From the NCBI GenBank assembly GCA_964291625.2, contig OZ220089.1, positions 2,208,001 through 2,272,000 of the forward strand: DNA of 64,000 bases, read 5' to 3'. Both the position numbers and the translations under genes were made by a program. Below are positions 29,196 to 39,185 of the stretch, in pieces. The notes beneath the pieces are model-generated. The model was not told the origin of the DNA. It did not search any database and saw only the letters and a list, made by a program, of their open reading frames with translations. Source of the stretch: Candidatus Latescibacterota bacterium. GTDB taxonomy: Bacteria > Latescibacterota > UBA2968 > UBA8231. How positions within the stretch are numbered: position 1 is the first letter of the stretch; every line of letters begins with the position of its first letter.

Positions 29196-30031
29196 CACGT
29201 ATACCCCCCCACCCCCAGCAGCATCCGCGCCTCGAAGTCCGCATCCTCCAGGAAGCCCCGCGTCAGGCCGTCCTCCGGCTGCGGACCGCTGTGCGGCGAG
29301 GCCCGCAGCCATGACGGGGTGTAGCTGAGGATCAGCATGCGGCGCTTCGCCCTCAGCGTCGGCAGGCCGCGGTGCCAGAGGTTGCCGTGGATGAGCACGG
29401 CGCCGCCGGCCCTGACGCGCAGTTCCACCTCCCCGGCCGCGGGTTCGTAGCTGCGCGGCGAGGGGCGGTCCAGCCAGGTGTGCGACTCCGGCACCACGGC
29501 GACGGCCCCCGTGTCGTCGTTCAGGTCGTCGAGGTAGATCAGGCAGTCGATGCAGTGGGGCTGCGAGAACCAGGGCGGCCGCGGGTCGGAGATCACCCGC
29601 AGGTGCTGGTGCCAGGGCGTCCGGTGCGGGTGCTCGCGGCCGGGGTAGCTGATGCGGGCGCTCAGCCCCCGCAGGCGCACCAGCGGCCCCATCATCGCCT
29701 GGGCGATCGACAGCAGGGGCCGGAACTTCAGCAGCTCCAGGAAGGCCTCGTCCTTGTCCATCAGGTGCCGCGGGATGAATCCCCAGCTCTGCTTCCCCGC
29801 GGTGGCGCGGTCCCGCTTCTCCCCCTCGCGCTCCTCGAGGCGGTCGAGGGCGTCCCGAAGCCGCTCCAGGGCCTCGCCCTCGAAGAGTCCCTCCCGCACG
29901 AGGTAGCCGGACCGCGCGAAGGCCCGCAACTCCTCGGGCTCCGCGTGCACCTCCACCTCCCAGCGGCTCCCGGTCTCCGTGTCGGGGTTGTGGTTGTTCA
30001 GCACCTCGTAGTGAATCGTGTGCGGTTGCAT
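29195..30031 (-). CDS. Phytanoyl-CoA dioxygenase (PhyH) family protein
   Basis: F..SGYLV, PWHQH, IYLDD, VVPESH, GGAVLIHGNLWHRG, KRRMLILSY. Confidence 0.8.
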   Translation of the reverse strand: MQPHTIHYEVLNNHNPDTETGSRWEVEVHAEPEELRAFARSGYLVREGLFEGEALERLRDALDRLEEREGEKRDRATAGKQSWGFIPRHLMDKDEAFLELLKFRPLLSIAQAMMGPLVRLRGLSARISYPGREHPHRTPWHQHLRVISDPRPPWFSQPHCIDCLIYLDDLNDDTGAVAVVPESHTWLDRPSPRSYEPAAGEVELRVRAGGAVLIHGNLWHRGLPTLRAKRRMLILSYTPSWLRASPHSGPQPEDGLTRGFLEDADFEARMLLGVGGYT

Positions 30032-30032
30032 G

Positions 30033-31163
30033 TCAGCTCTCCTCGACGACGGCGGCCTCGATGCCGCGGTGGCCGTCGGCGTAGTGGTGCCAGTAGACGA
30101 CGAGCACGGATCCGTCCTCGCGCTCCACGGACCAGGGGTAGCCGCAGTCGGGGCTGAGCCCGCCGGCCTCGATGACGAACTCCGGCGCCGTCTCCAGGTC
30201 CGTGGCCTCGGGGTCGAGGACCCGGCCGGTGCAGCCCCGTCGGCCTTCCCAGCGGGTGCCGACGGTGAGGAAGATGCGGCCGTCCCCCAGGCCGAGCAGG
30301 TGGGCCGGGCTGCCGTGGATGCGGGTCGGGCGCCAGGGCGTCCAGGTGGCGCCGTCGTCGTCGGACTCGACGAGGGCCAGGAGGCGGTTGAGGAACTGGG
30401 GGTCCCGCGCGGTGGGGCCGTCGAAGCCCTGGTCCCGGAGGATGCCGGGGCCCAGGGCCCCCGGGTGGCAGCGGAAGAGGACGAGGATGCGCCCCGAGGG
30501 CGTGCGGTGGATCGCCGGCTCGCTGAAGTGGGCGACGTCGTCCTCGGCGATGCGGCCGCCGTACTCCCAGGTCTCGCCCAGGTCGCGGGAGACGCGCAGC
30601 ATGCCGAAGCAGGGGAAGGCGCCGCCGGGCCGGTCGGTCGCCTTGCTCGGCAGCAGCAGGCGGCCGTCGGGCAGGGCCAGCAGCCCGCTGCGGCAGACGC
30701 CGGAGTGCTGGGCCGGGTGGCCCCAGACGGCGTCCGGCAGGGGCGGGAACCGCCGCGGCGCCGTCCAGGTACGGCCGTCGTCCCGGGAGCGCACCCAGAA
30801 GGGCTTCCCCGGCCGCGAGACCCAGCGCTTGCCGTGTTCCTCCTCCCCCTCGGGGACCAGCTCGTTGCAGGAGGCGTGCAGGAACAGGCTGCCGTCGGGA
30901 AGGGCGTGCAGGCCGCGGTCCATGACCCCGCCCATGGGGTCGGCGGTCACCAGGGCCGCCTCGCTCCAGGTGCGGCCGTCGTCGGCGGAGCGGCAGGCGA
31001 GGACCTGGAAGAGGGGATGCTCGTGGTGGGCGTAGCCGAGGTGGGGGGCGCGCTGGAAGCTGGCCAGCAGGTCGCCGCCCGGGGTGCGGGTCACCGTGGG
31101 GGCGAGGGCGTACATGCCGGCCTCGTGGTAGACGGTGACGCGATCGGTGACCTGCCAGGTCAC
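30033..31163 (-). CDS. BNR/Asp-box sialidase-like beta-propeller protein
   Basis: Four Asp boxes (SADDGRTW, SRDDGRTW, SRDLGETW, SDDDGATW); DCGYP. Confidence 0.8.
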   Translation of the reverse strand: MTWQVTDRVTVYHEAGMYALAPTVTRTPGGDLLASFQRAPHLGYAHHEHPLFQVLACRSADDGRTWSEAALVTADPMGGVMDRGLHALPDGSLFLHASCNELVPEGEEEHGKRWVSRPGKPFWVRSRDDGRTWTAPRRFPPLPDAVWGHPAQHSGVCRSGLLALPDGRLLLPSKATDRPGGAFPCFGMLRVSRDLGETWEYGGRIAEDDVAHFSEPAIHRTPSGRILVLFRCHPGALGPGILRDQGFDGPTARDPQFLNRLLALVESDDDGATWTPWRPTRIHGSPAHLLGLGDGRIFLTVGTRWEGRRGCTGRVLDPEATDLETAPEFVIEAGGLSPDCGYPWSVEREDGSVLVVYWHHYADGHRGIEAAVVEES

Positions 31164-31714
31164 GGCTGCATCCCGAGGATCACGGTGTCGGCGTAGCTCC
31201 CGTCCTCGAACCGGATGTCCCGGGCGGAGCGGCCCTCCTCGACGAATCCGTGCTTCCGGTAGAGGGCGATCGCCGCTTCGCTGGTGGAGAACACGAACAG
31301 CCCCAGCTTCTCGATCTGTTGTGAAGCGCGGGCCCAGTCGACGAGGGCTTCCATGAGGGCGTCGGCGACGCCGCTCCCGCGGCGGTCCCGGCAGACCCAG
31401 ACGGAGTGCACGTCGGCGAAGTGGGCCGTGCGCCGGAAGCCGCCCTCCTCGGCTCGGGCCGTGCCCACGATCCGCGAGCCATCGCAGGCGACCAGATAGA
31501 GGGAGCCGCCGGCGGCGTTGAGGCGGTCGATCTCCCCGGCTTCGTCCTCGGCCTCGGGCTGCCGCTCGCCGGCCCGGACCAGGGTCCAGCGCCCCTCGGC
31601 GATGATCTCCCGGTAGAGGTTCGCGAGGCCTTCCGCGTCTTCCCGCTGCGCGGAGCGGATCACCGCCCGGCCGCCGTCGCGCAGGGCGCGGGTCCGTGGC
31701 TCGAGGATCGACAT
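31160..31714 (-). CDS. GNAT family acetyltransferase
   Basis: RRGSGVADALM, L.VF..S.AAIALYRKHGF. Confidence 0.85.
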   Translation of the reverse strand: MSILEPRTRALRDGGRAVIRSAQREDAEGLANLYREIIAEGRWTLVRAGERQPEAEDEAGEIDRLNAAGGSLYLVACDGSRIVGTARAEEGGFRRTAHFADVHSVWVCRDRRGSGVADALMEALVDWARASQQIEKLGLFVFSTSEAAIALYRKHGFVEEGRSARDIRFEDGSYADTVILGMQP

Positions 31715-31856
31715 GGCTTACGGGCCGGTGTCCGTGCCTTGCGGACGATCGGCGGCGAGTCTGCAGGGCTCGACGAAGAGCATGCGTGCAATATACCTCC
31801 TGGCGGCAGCCTTCCCCCGCACCGGGGCGGCCCGTCTTCGTATTCTACCGCACCGG

Positions 31857-34475
31857 ATGCGGTTCCCCCGATCACATGCGGCGATCCTGACTGGCTTGAT
31901 GATGGCGGCCGACACAGACGCGGACGAACGCCTGGCAGCGGCCGTGCAGCCCGTCCTGGCCCTGTCCGAGGCGGAGATGCTCGCCCTGATCCCCGAACGG
32001 GCCGGGCTGCGCTTCACCGGCTGTCCCAACTGCGACGGCGGCACCCAGGAGAACCAGCTCGCGTGGACGATCGAGCGTCCCCACGAGGTCCACTGCCGGT
32101 TCTGCGGCATCCGCTACCCCAACGAGACCTACCCCGACGACGATACCCTGCGGGTCACGAACCCCCTGGGAGAGGTGCAGGAGTATCCCTACTGGGCCGA
32201 CGCCGACGGCTACCGCCACTTCTTCCGGGCCCGGGGCTGGTTCGAGGCCCGCGAGTACTTCGCCCGCCGGGCCCTCGACCTGGCGCGTCTCCACGCCGCC
32301 ACCGGCGACCGCCTGCCCGCCCGCCGCGCCGCCCTGATCCTGACGCGCTTCGCCGAGGTCTACCCGGGCTACTGCGTCCACTACGACTACCCCTTCCGGC
32401 AGAAGATCATCTTCGAGGGGGACCGGACCTTCCCCTGGCCGGTGGCCGACTACCGCGCCGCCAAGTGGGACTGGTGGGCCTACATGGACATCCCCGAGGA
32501 CCTGCTGCGGGCGTACGAGCTGGTGCGGCCGAGCGGAGCCCTCGACGAGGCGGCGCAGCGGCGGATCGAGGACGACCTGTTCCACGCCAGCGTCGCCTTC
32601 GTGCGCTCCTACCCGCCGGCCCTCGGCAACATGGACCCCACCCTGCTGCGGGGGCTGATCACCGCCGGCCGCGTCCTCGGCGAGCCGGAGTACGTCCACG
32701 ACGCCGTCCGCCGCATCGAGCTGCTGGCGCGGCGGCAGTTCTTCGCCGACGGCGTCTGGCGCGAGGGGGCCGTCTCCTACCACAACCAGACGGTGCGGGG
32801 CCTGGAGATCCTGGCCCGTCTGCTGAAAGGCTGGACCGACCCGCCCGGTTACGCCCCGCCCCGGGGCGAGGACCGCCTCGTCGACTTCGATCTCGACGCG
32901 CGGCTGCCCATCCTGGCCCGGGCGCGGGAGGTGCCCGGCCTGCTGCGCTACCCCAACGGCCGCGTCGTCGCCTTCCACGACACCTGGGCCAGGGAGGCCG
33001 GCGAGGCGATGCCCGCCTCGGAGTCGATGCTGCTGCCGGCCCTCGGCCACGCCCGCCTGGGGCGCGGCGCCGGCGACGGCCAGGTGCAGGCCCACCTGCA
33101 CTTCTCCGGCGGCTACGGCCACCAGCACGGCGACGCGCTGGCCATGACCCTCTTCTCCCACGGCCGCGAGCGCCTCGGCGACATCGGCTACACCCACACC
33201 CGCTACCGCCGCTGGACGACCACCACTCTCTCCCACAACACGGTCACCGTAGACGGCCGCGACCAGCACATGGGCTCGGAGGACCAGCCGAGCGACGGCG
33301 ACCTGCGGCTCTTCGTGCCGGGCGACGGCGACATCCTCGCCGCCGTCGAAGCCTCCGGCGAGCGCGCCTATCCCGGCCTCGTCGACGAGTACCGGCGCCT
33401 GCTGCTGCTGATCGGCGCCGATGACCAGGCCTACGTGGTCGACTGGTTCCGCGTCCGCGGCGGCGGCCGCCACGAGTACGTGCTCACCGGCGACGCCGAC
33501 CACGGCGGCGGTCTCGTGCACGATCTGCCGACGTCGCCCTACGGCGAGATGCTGCTCCCCCCCGGCACCCCGGTGAGCCTGCCGACGGGCGAGTCCACCC
33601 CCGGGGAGGCCGGGGGCCACAACCTCGGCTACGCCTTCATCCGCGGCGTCCGGCAGGCCGCCGTGGACGGGCCCTGGCGGGTGGGGTTCCGCAGCTCCGG
33701 CAGCGAGGCGGGGGTGCGCGTCCACGGGGCGGGCCTTCCGGGGGACCGGCTGTTCACCGCCGCGGCGCCCTCGATCCGCAAGGCCGCCGAGGACGACGCC
33801 GCCCTCGACCGGCACACCATGCCCATGATCGTCCACCGCCGCGAGGGACAGGACCTGCAGAGCGACTTCGTGGCCGTCCTCGAGAGCCACGGAGCCGCGG
33901 GACCCTTCGTCCGCGAGGTGAGCCGACTGCCGGCCGAGGGCGACGGCGTGGCCCTGCGCATCGCCTGGGGAGACGCCGTCGACCACGTGCTCCTGTCGCG
34001 GGACGGCGGCCGCCTGGCGGCCGATGACGTGAGCCTGGAGGGCCGGCTGGGATTCGTGCGGCGGCGGGCCGGCCGGGTGGAGGCGATGCGCCTCGTCGGG
34101 GGGCGGGAACTGCGGGTAGAGGGCGAGGTGCTGTCGGGCGCGGGCGTGCTCACCGGCGGGATCACCGGCGCCCTGCGCCGCGAGGCCGGCGACGACTTGG
34201 AAGGCCTGATCACCGATCTCGCGGTGCCGGAGGGGGTCCGGCTGGAGGGGCTGTGGGCGGTGGTGAGCGACGGCGCCGGCTTCCGCCACGGGCACCGGAT
34301 CGAGCGGGCCGAGACCCGCCCGGAGGGCACGGTGCTGGTGCTGGCCGACGACCCCGGCTACGAGCTGAGCGGCAGCGGCGGCCGGCTCGTGTTCTTCCCC
34401 GGCCGGGAGTGGACGGGGCCCTCCACCGTGGAGATCGCCACCCTGTCGGCGCTCAGTCGTCGTCCCGGTCGCTGA
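31857..34475 (+). CDS. Heparinase II/III-like polysaccharide lyase (start uncertain)
   Basis: DGVWREGAVSYH, GHQHGDAL, DIGY, HNTVTVDG; N-terminal CPNC...CRFC. Confidence 0.75.
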   Translation: MRFPRSHAAILTGLMMAADTDADERLAAAVQPVLALSEAEMLALIPERAGLRFTGCPNCDGGTQENQLAWTIERPHEVHCRFCGIRYPNETYPDDDTLRVTNPLGEVQEYPYWADADGYRHFFRARGWFEAREYFARRALDLARLHAATGDRLPARRAALILTRFAEVYPGYCVHYDYPFRQKIIFEGDRTFPWPVADYRAAKWDWWAYMDIPEDLLRAYELVRPSGALDEAAQRRIEDDLFHASVAFVRSYPPALGNMDPTLLRGLITAGRVLGEPEYVHDAVRRIELLARRQFFADGVWREGAVSYHNQTVRGLEILARLLKGWTDPPGYAPPRGEDRLVDFDLDARLPILARAREVPGLLRYPNGRVVAFHDTWAREAGEAMPASESMLLPALGHARLGRGAGDGQVQAHLHFSGGYGHQHGDALAMTLFSHGRERLGDIGYTHTRYRRWTTTTLSHNTVTVDGRDQHMGSEDQPSDGDLRLFVPGDGDILAAVEASGERAYPGLVDEYRRLLLLIGADDQAYVVDWFRVRGGGRHEYVLTGDADHGGGLVHDLPTSPYGEMLLPPGTPVSLPTGESTPGEAGGHNLGYAFIRGVRQAAVDGPWRVGFRSSGSEAGVRVHGAGLPGDRLFTAAAPSIRKAAEDDAALDRHTMPMIVHRREGQDLQSDFVAVLESHGAAGPFVREVSRLPAEGDGVALRIAWGDAVDHVLLSRDGGRLAADDVSLEGRLGFVRRRAGRVEAMRLVGGRELRVEGEVLSGAGVLTGGITGALRREAGDDLEGLITDLAVPEGVRLEGLWAVVSDGAGFRHGHRIERAETRPEGTVLVLADDPGYELSGSGGRLVFFPGREWTGPSTVEIATLSALSRRPGR

Positions 34476-36291
34476 GCAGCTCGCCCCGCTGCAGACGCTC
34501 GGCGTTCTCCGTCGACCAGAGGATGTTCTTCATCACCTTCTGCGCCGTGATGTAGCGAGTCGCCGCCAGCAGGTGGATGCGCTTCTCCTCCAGATCGTCG
34601 GACAGGTCGTAGTGGCGGAAGGCGACCTCCAGCACCTGGAACATGTGCAGCTCGGCGTCCTCCCTCAGCAGGATGTGGGCGAGGGCGTGCTTGAGGGCCG
34701 TCACGTCGTGGCCCTCCTCCAGGTACTGGTTCACCAGGATCCCGGCCTCGGCGACCTTCTGGAAGTCGGCGAACTCCTGCAGGCGGTCGAGCATCTGCCG
34801 CGGCGACGAGAACGACTCCTCCGCCTTCAGCCGCTGTCCCGGCCGCGGCACCCGCGCCGACGGCATGTTGAGCCACCGCAGGTAGGTGGTGAACACGGCG
34901 CCGTGGAAGAGGCCGCGCAGAAGGTGCGCCGACGGTGCCAGGTGGAATGCGCGGTAGAGGGCGTGGGCGTAGGAGTAGAGGTTGGCCACGTCGTGCCAGT
35001 CGCCCTCGTTCTTGAGGTGGAAGCGCACGGTGCGCACCGCCCCTGCACAGGTCATGGCGCGGCACAGGTCGAGGGGCGACACGCCGGCCCGCAGCTCCGC
35101 CTCCAGCCGCTCAACGATCGGCCCGAAGTCGTCGCCGAGCATGACCTCGGCGAAGGCGCTCACGTCGAGGGCCTTCGGTCCGGCGGCCTGGTTGGCCTCC
35201 CAGATCTCGTCGATGCGGCCGAAGACCTCCTCGAGGACGGGCACTGCGTCCTGCCAGCGCGAGGTCTCTTCGTGGCGGGTGCGGCTCACGAGGTCGACGA
35301 CGATCGGCCGCAGGATCTCGTGGGCCCCCTGCCACTCCACGTAGTCGAGGCCCTCGAACATCTTGTTGGCGAAGTCGAGGGCGTGGCCGTCGCCGGTGAA
35401 GTAGAAGTCGGTGGCCGCAGTGTAGACGAAGTCGGCCAGCAGCTCCGGCGGCCGGCCGCGGTCGTGCAGGGTGAGGAGGATGCGCTCGGCGGCGCCCCGG
35501 TCGCGCAGGTCGACGTAGCGCCGGAACCAGCGCTTGAGCGTCGTCAGGTCGGGATCGGCGCCGGAGCGGGGGAAGGGGAAGCGCTGGCGCCGCGAGCTGC
35601 CCGCCGTGCGGTTGGCGATCTGGGCCAGCCCGTGGACGAGGAAGAGGTTGTGGTCCTTCGGGTCCACGTCGTCCCAGAGATTGGCGCACAGGGTGAGGAT
35701 GGCCACCCCCGAGGACCAGCCGTCGCTGGTCTTGTGGGCGCCGTAGAACAGGCCGTGCTGGATGATCTCCCGGGGCGTGGCGCCGGCCTCGCGCAGGGCG
35801 GTGACGGCCTTGGCGATGAGGAAGCTGGAGCGGTCCTTGAGCCCCTGCTCCAGGGCCCGCTTGCCGCGGTCCACCAGCCGCTGCCGGGCGGCCTCGCGGG
35901 CGCCCTTCGGGATACCCACGTATAGCATGCCGCCGCGGTCCTCCACCGGGAAGCTGGCCACGTCGTCGCCGAAGGTCAGGAAGCAGCCCCCGGTCTTGAG
36001 ATCGAACTCCCAGTGGTGCCAGTGGCAGATCAGCACGCCGTCGCGCACGCTCCCTTCGGAGAGGGGGTAGCCCATGTGGGGGCAGCGGTTGTCGCAGGCG
36101 TAGTAGCCGTCCTCGTAGCGGAACACGGCCAGATGTGTGCCGTCTACCGTGAAGGGCTTGCCGGCTCCCTCCTCGAGATCGGCGGCGGGGCACAGCTCGT
36201 GGAAGACGAGGCTGTCGGGGTCGGGCGCGGGCGGCGGCTGCGGCGTGGCGTCGCCGTCGTAGACCGATATGGGGGAGGTTTCCACGGTCAT
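34453..36291 (-). CDS. Rieske [2Fe-2S] protein with large His-rich helical C-terminal region
   Basis: NRCPHMGYPL...ICHWHHWEFD; GHALDFANK and LLREDAELH segments. Confidence 0.8.
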   Translation of the reverse strand: MTVETSPISVYDGDATPQPPPAPDPDSLVFHELCPAADLEEGAGKPFTVDGTHLAVFRYEDGYYACDNRCPHMGYPLSEGSVRDGVLICHWHHWEFDLKTGGCFLTFGDDVASFPVEDRGGMLYVGIPKGAREAARQRLVDRGKRALEQGLKDRSSFLIAKAVTALREAGATPREIIQHGLFYGAHKTSDGWSSGVAILTLCANLWDDVDPKDHNLFLVHGLAQIANRTAGSSRRQRFPFPRSGADPDLTTLKRWFRRYVDLRDRGAAERILLTLHDRGRPPELLADFVYTAATDFYFTGDGHALDFANKMFEGLDYVEWQGAHEILRPIVVDLVSRTRHEETSRWQDAVPVLEEVFGRIDEIWEANQAAGPKALDVSAFAEVMLGDDFGPIVERLEAELRAGVSPLDLCRAMTCAGAVRTVRFHLKNEGDWHDVANLYSYAHALYRAFHLAPSAHLLRGLFHGAVFTTYLRWLNMPSARVPRPGQRLKAEESFSSPRQMLDRLQEFADFQKVAEAGILVNQYLEEGHDVTALKHALAHILLREDAELHMFQVLEVAFRHYDLSDDLEEKRIHLLAATRYITAQKVMKNILWSTENAERLQRGELLSDRDDD

Positions 36292-36650
36292 GGGGATGAC
36301 TCCGGTGTGGGGGAGGCGGGACGGGTGGGAAGGTACGGCGCGGCCCTCGAGAGGTGAAGCGCTCGCCGGGCGCCGCGGGCTCCGATTGCCCGCGGCAGTG
36401 CCTTGCGGTATCGTCGCATGGCCTTCCGCGATGAGGCGCCGGCGCCACGGGGCGACCGTCCTCCAGCGCGACTCCGGCGGCAGGCCGTCCCGCCGCGGCC
36501 ATCCTCGCAGCGCGTCGTACCCACGCCGGCGCCGGCAAGGCGCAGCGGGGCTGGCAGGTCCTTGTCCTCGGATTCCGGGAGACCCATGAAGCGAACCAGA
36601 CTCCGCCCGCCGGCTGCCTTGGGGCCAGCCACCCTCCCCGCCTTGCCCCC

Positions 36651-37487
36651 ATGGTGATCCACACCCGACTTCGGCTGCGGGCCCCGGCCGCCGCGGTCCT
36701 CACCGCCGCGATCCTGACCGCCGCGGGCTCCGGCGGCTGCGCCTCCGTCCGCCAGGTCCTGGGGGCCACCCTGGTGCCGGTGGAGACCGAGATCGAGCTG
36801 GGCCGCAGGCTGGCCGCCAAGGTGGAGGCCGAGCACCGCGTCCTCCGGGACGGGCAGATCCAGCGCTACGTGCGGTTCCTGGCCAGGCCACTCATCGAGC
36901 AGGCCTGGCGCGACCGGCCCGGCATCGACTACCGGGTCACCGTCCTCGACGATCCGGACCAGGTCAACGCCTTCGCCCTCCCCGGCGGCCCCACCTACGT
37001 CTTCACCGGCCTCATGCTCCTCGCCGGCGACGAGTCCGAGCTGGCCGGCGTGCTGGCACACGAGCTGGGCCACGTGGTGGCCCGCCACTCGGCCGAGCAG
37101 CTGGCCTCGAGGTGGGGCCTTCAGATACTGACGAACATCGCCCTCGGAGAGGATCCCGAGGCGCTGGCGGCCATCTTCGCGGACTTCGGCGCCGGGGGCG
37201 CCATGGCCCGCTTCAGCCGCGAGGACGAACTCGAGGCCGACGACCTCGGCCTGCGCTACATCACCGCCGCCGGCTACGATCCCCGCGGCATGGTGCGCAT
37301 GTTCCAGGGCCTTCAGTCGGTGGAAGGAGGCTCGTCCCGCCCCCTGGGGGGGCTGCTGGCCACGCATCCGGCCACGGCCGAGCGCATCGAGCGCCTGCAG
37401 CGGCGCATCGACCGGATGGACGGCGATCTGCCGCAGCGCCGGCAGGGGCCCCGCTACCGGGAGATCACCGCGTCCCTCCGGCGGTAG
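36651..37487 (+). CDS. M48 family Zn metalloprotease, probable lipoprotein
   Basis: VNAFALPGG, AHELGH, ELEADDLG, LATHP. Confidence 0.9.
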   Translation: MVIHTRLRLRAPAAAVLTAAILTAAGSGGCASVRQVLGATLVPVETEIELGRRLAAKVEAEHRVLRDGQIQRYVRFLARPLIEQAWRDRPGIDYRVTVLDDPDQVNAFALPGGPTYVFTGLMLLAGDESELAGVLAHELGHVVARHSAEQLASRWGLQILTNIALGEDPEALAAIFADFGAGGAMARFSREDELEADDLGLRYITAAGYDPRGMVRMFQGLQSVEGGSSRPLGGLLATHPATAERIERLQRRIDRMDGDLPQRRQGPRYREITASLRR

Positions 37488-37659
37488 GGACCCGCCCATC
37501 CGCCTTGCCCGCGTCCAGGGGGCCGAGTATCGTACTTCCCCATCCGGGCCCCGCGTCCCGGCCCCCTCCCCGGCCCCGCGACAAGCCAGCCTCCTGAAGA
37601 AATCACCAAGACCCAGCGCGAGCCCCGGCCGCCCTCGGCCCGGGGGGCCCCGGCCGTTC

Positions 37660-38259
37660 GTGCGGCGCCGGGTGCTTCACCTCGCCGCCCTCCTCCTGCC
37701 CGGCCTGACCCCCGCCGGCGCCGAACCTCTCGTCATCGAGACCCCGACCCTGCCGGCCGGGCTCTTCCTCACCGCCGGCCTCGGGGTCGTCGATCTCGAA
37801 CCCGGCACGGGCCTCGACATCCCTCTCGGCCTGACCGCCCTCGCGCCGCGCCACCACGTGATGGCGACGGTCACCGTCGCCGACTTCGCCCTGCTGCAGT
37901 CCAAGGAGATCCGCTACCGGCCCCGCTTCTACCGGGGCTACGACGTCTGCCTCGACACGGTGACCGGAGACCTGGTCCCCTACCGCCTCTGCCGGGGCAA
38001 GACCAACACCCTGCGCTCCTTCTCCGTCGATCTCAGCCTGCTGCCGGTGGAGATGGTCTACGTCGCCGACCGGCCGGGGGTGCTCCACCTCGGTCCGGGC
38101 TGGCGCGGCCAGGACCCGCGCACCGTGTACGGCACCATCGGCATGTTCTTCCCCTCCCCCACGGGCAACGCCATCGGCGCGCGACTGGCCATGGGCCGCG
38201 AGTTCATCTACATCGGCTTCACCTGGGGGCGGGATCTGCGCCGCCTCCCGGGGCTCTGA
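37660..38259 (+). CDS. Hypothetical secreted protein
   Basis: Signal peptide-like N-terminus; GC-rich third codon positions like neighbouring genes. Confidence 0.6.
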   Translation: MRRRVLHLAALLLPGLTPAGAEPLVIETPTLPAGLFLTAGLGVVDLEPGTGLDIPLGLTALAPRHHVMATVTVADFALLQSKEIRYRPRFYRGYDVCLDTVTGDLVPYRLCRGKTNTLRSFSVDLSLLPVEMVYVADRPGVLHLGPGWRGQDPRTVYGTIGMFFPSPTGNAIGARLAMGREFIYIGFTWGRDLRRLPGL

Positions 38260-38269
38260 GCCGCCGGCC

Positions 38270-38719
38270 TCAGGCCGCGGTCACGTAGCGCAGCACCTCC
38301 ACCACCTGCTCCGGATCCCCGGCCACGGCCAGGGCCGCGGCGTCGACCTCCTTCAGGGGATGGGTGAGGCCGGCGTCGTGGAGGACGATCAGCGGTTTGC
38401 CCAGGGCCGCGGCGAAACCGGCGTCGAAGGCGGCGTTCCACTGCCGGTAGCGGTCACCGAAGCGCACCACCACCGCGTCCGCCCGGCGCAGCAGCGTGCG
38501 CGTGCGGATGGCGTTGATGCCGGCGCCCTTGTGGTCCTTCCAGAAGGCCTTCTCCTCCGGACCGAGGATCGACACCCCGCAGTCGTCGCTGGCGCCGTGA
38601 TCGGTGACCGGACGGGTGAAGTCGACGGGCAGCCCCGCCGCTTCGGCGCCGGCGCGGATGCGCTCGCGCCAGTCGCTGTGGATCTCCCCGGAGAGGTACA
38701 CCTCCCATCGTCTGCTCAT
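38270..38719 (-). CDS. YtoQ family protein
   Basis: VYLSGEIHSDWR, DH.ASDDCG, YRQWNAAFDAG, HPLKEVD. Confidence 0.85.
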   Translation of the reverse strand: MSRRWEVYLSGEIHSDWRERIRAGAEAAGLPVDFTRPVTDHGASDDCGVSILGPEEKAFWKDHKGAGINAIRTRTLLRRADAVVVRFGDRYRQWNAAFDAGFAAALGKPLIVLHDAGLTHPLKEVDAAALAVAGDPEQVVEVLRYVTAA

Positions 38720-38808
38720 GTTCCAGCTCCTTTCAATTTCTTGAAGGTAGTCCTCCTCCCCCGTAGCTTCAGCGGCCGTTCACCGAAACTCAAGCAGAAG
38801 GCACGGCG

Positions 38809-39105
38809 ATGAAATCAGCACTCGAGCTGGCCCTCGAGAAGTCGGAGGGCCTCGTCGACAAGGACCGCGCCAGGCTCAGCCCCGAGCAGATCGCCGCCAT
38901 CGACGAGACCCGCAAGACCTACGAGGCCAGGTGGGCGGAGCAGGAGATCGTCCTCCGCCAGCGGATCGAGAAGGCCGGGGACGGCGAGGATCCGCAGGCC
39001 GCCGCCGAGCAGCGGCAGCAGCTTCAGGAAGAGATGAAGTCCGTCCGCGACGGGTTGTTCGCCGAGCGCGACGAGAAGATCGAGGCCATCCGCCGCGGCG
39101 AGTGA
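38809..39105 (+). CDS. Hypothetical coiled-coil protein
   Basis: MKSALELALEK start; charged helical 98 aa. Confidence 0.7.
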   Translation: MKSALELALEKSEGLVDKDRARLSPEQIAAIDETRKTYEARWAEQEIVLRQRIEKAGDGEDPQAAAEQRQQLQEEMKSVRDGLFAERDEKIEAIRRGE

Positions 39106-39185
39106 TCGCGGCGGGGCCCGGGATCGAGGCGGGGCAACGGGGACGGCGGCCATGGCGGCTGCTGTCCCCGTTTCCGTGTACGGGA

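Noticed and set aside
36586-36657. Short ORF MKRTRLRPPAALGPATLPALPPW before the M48 gene as a leader peptide
   Set aside because: No attenuator structure or other support
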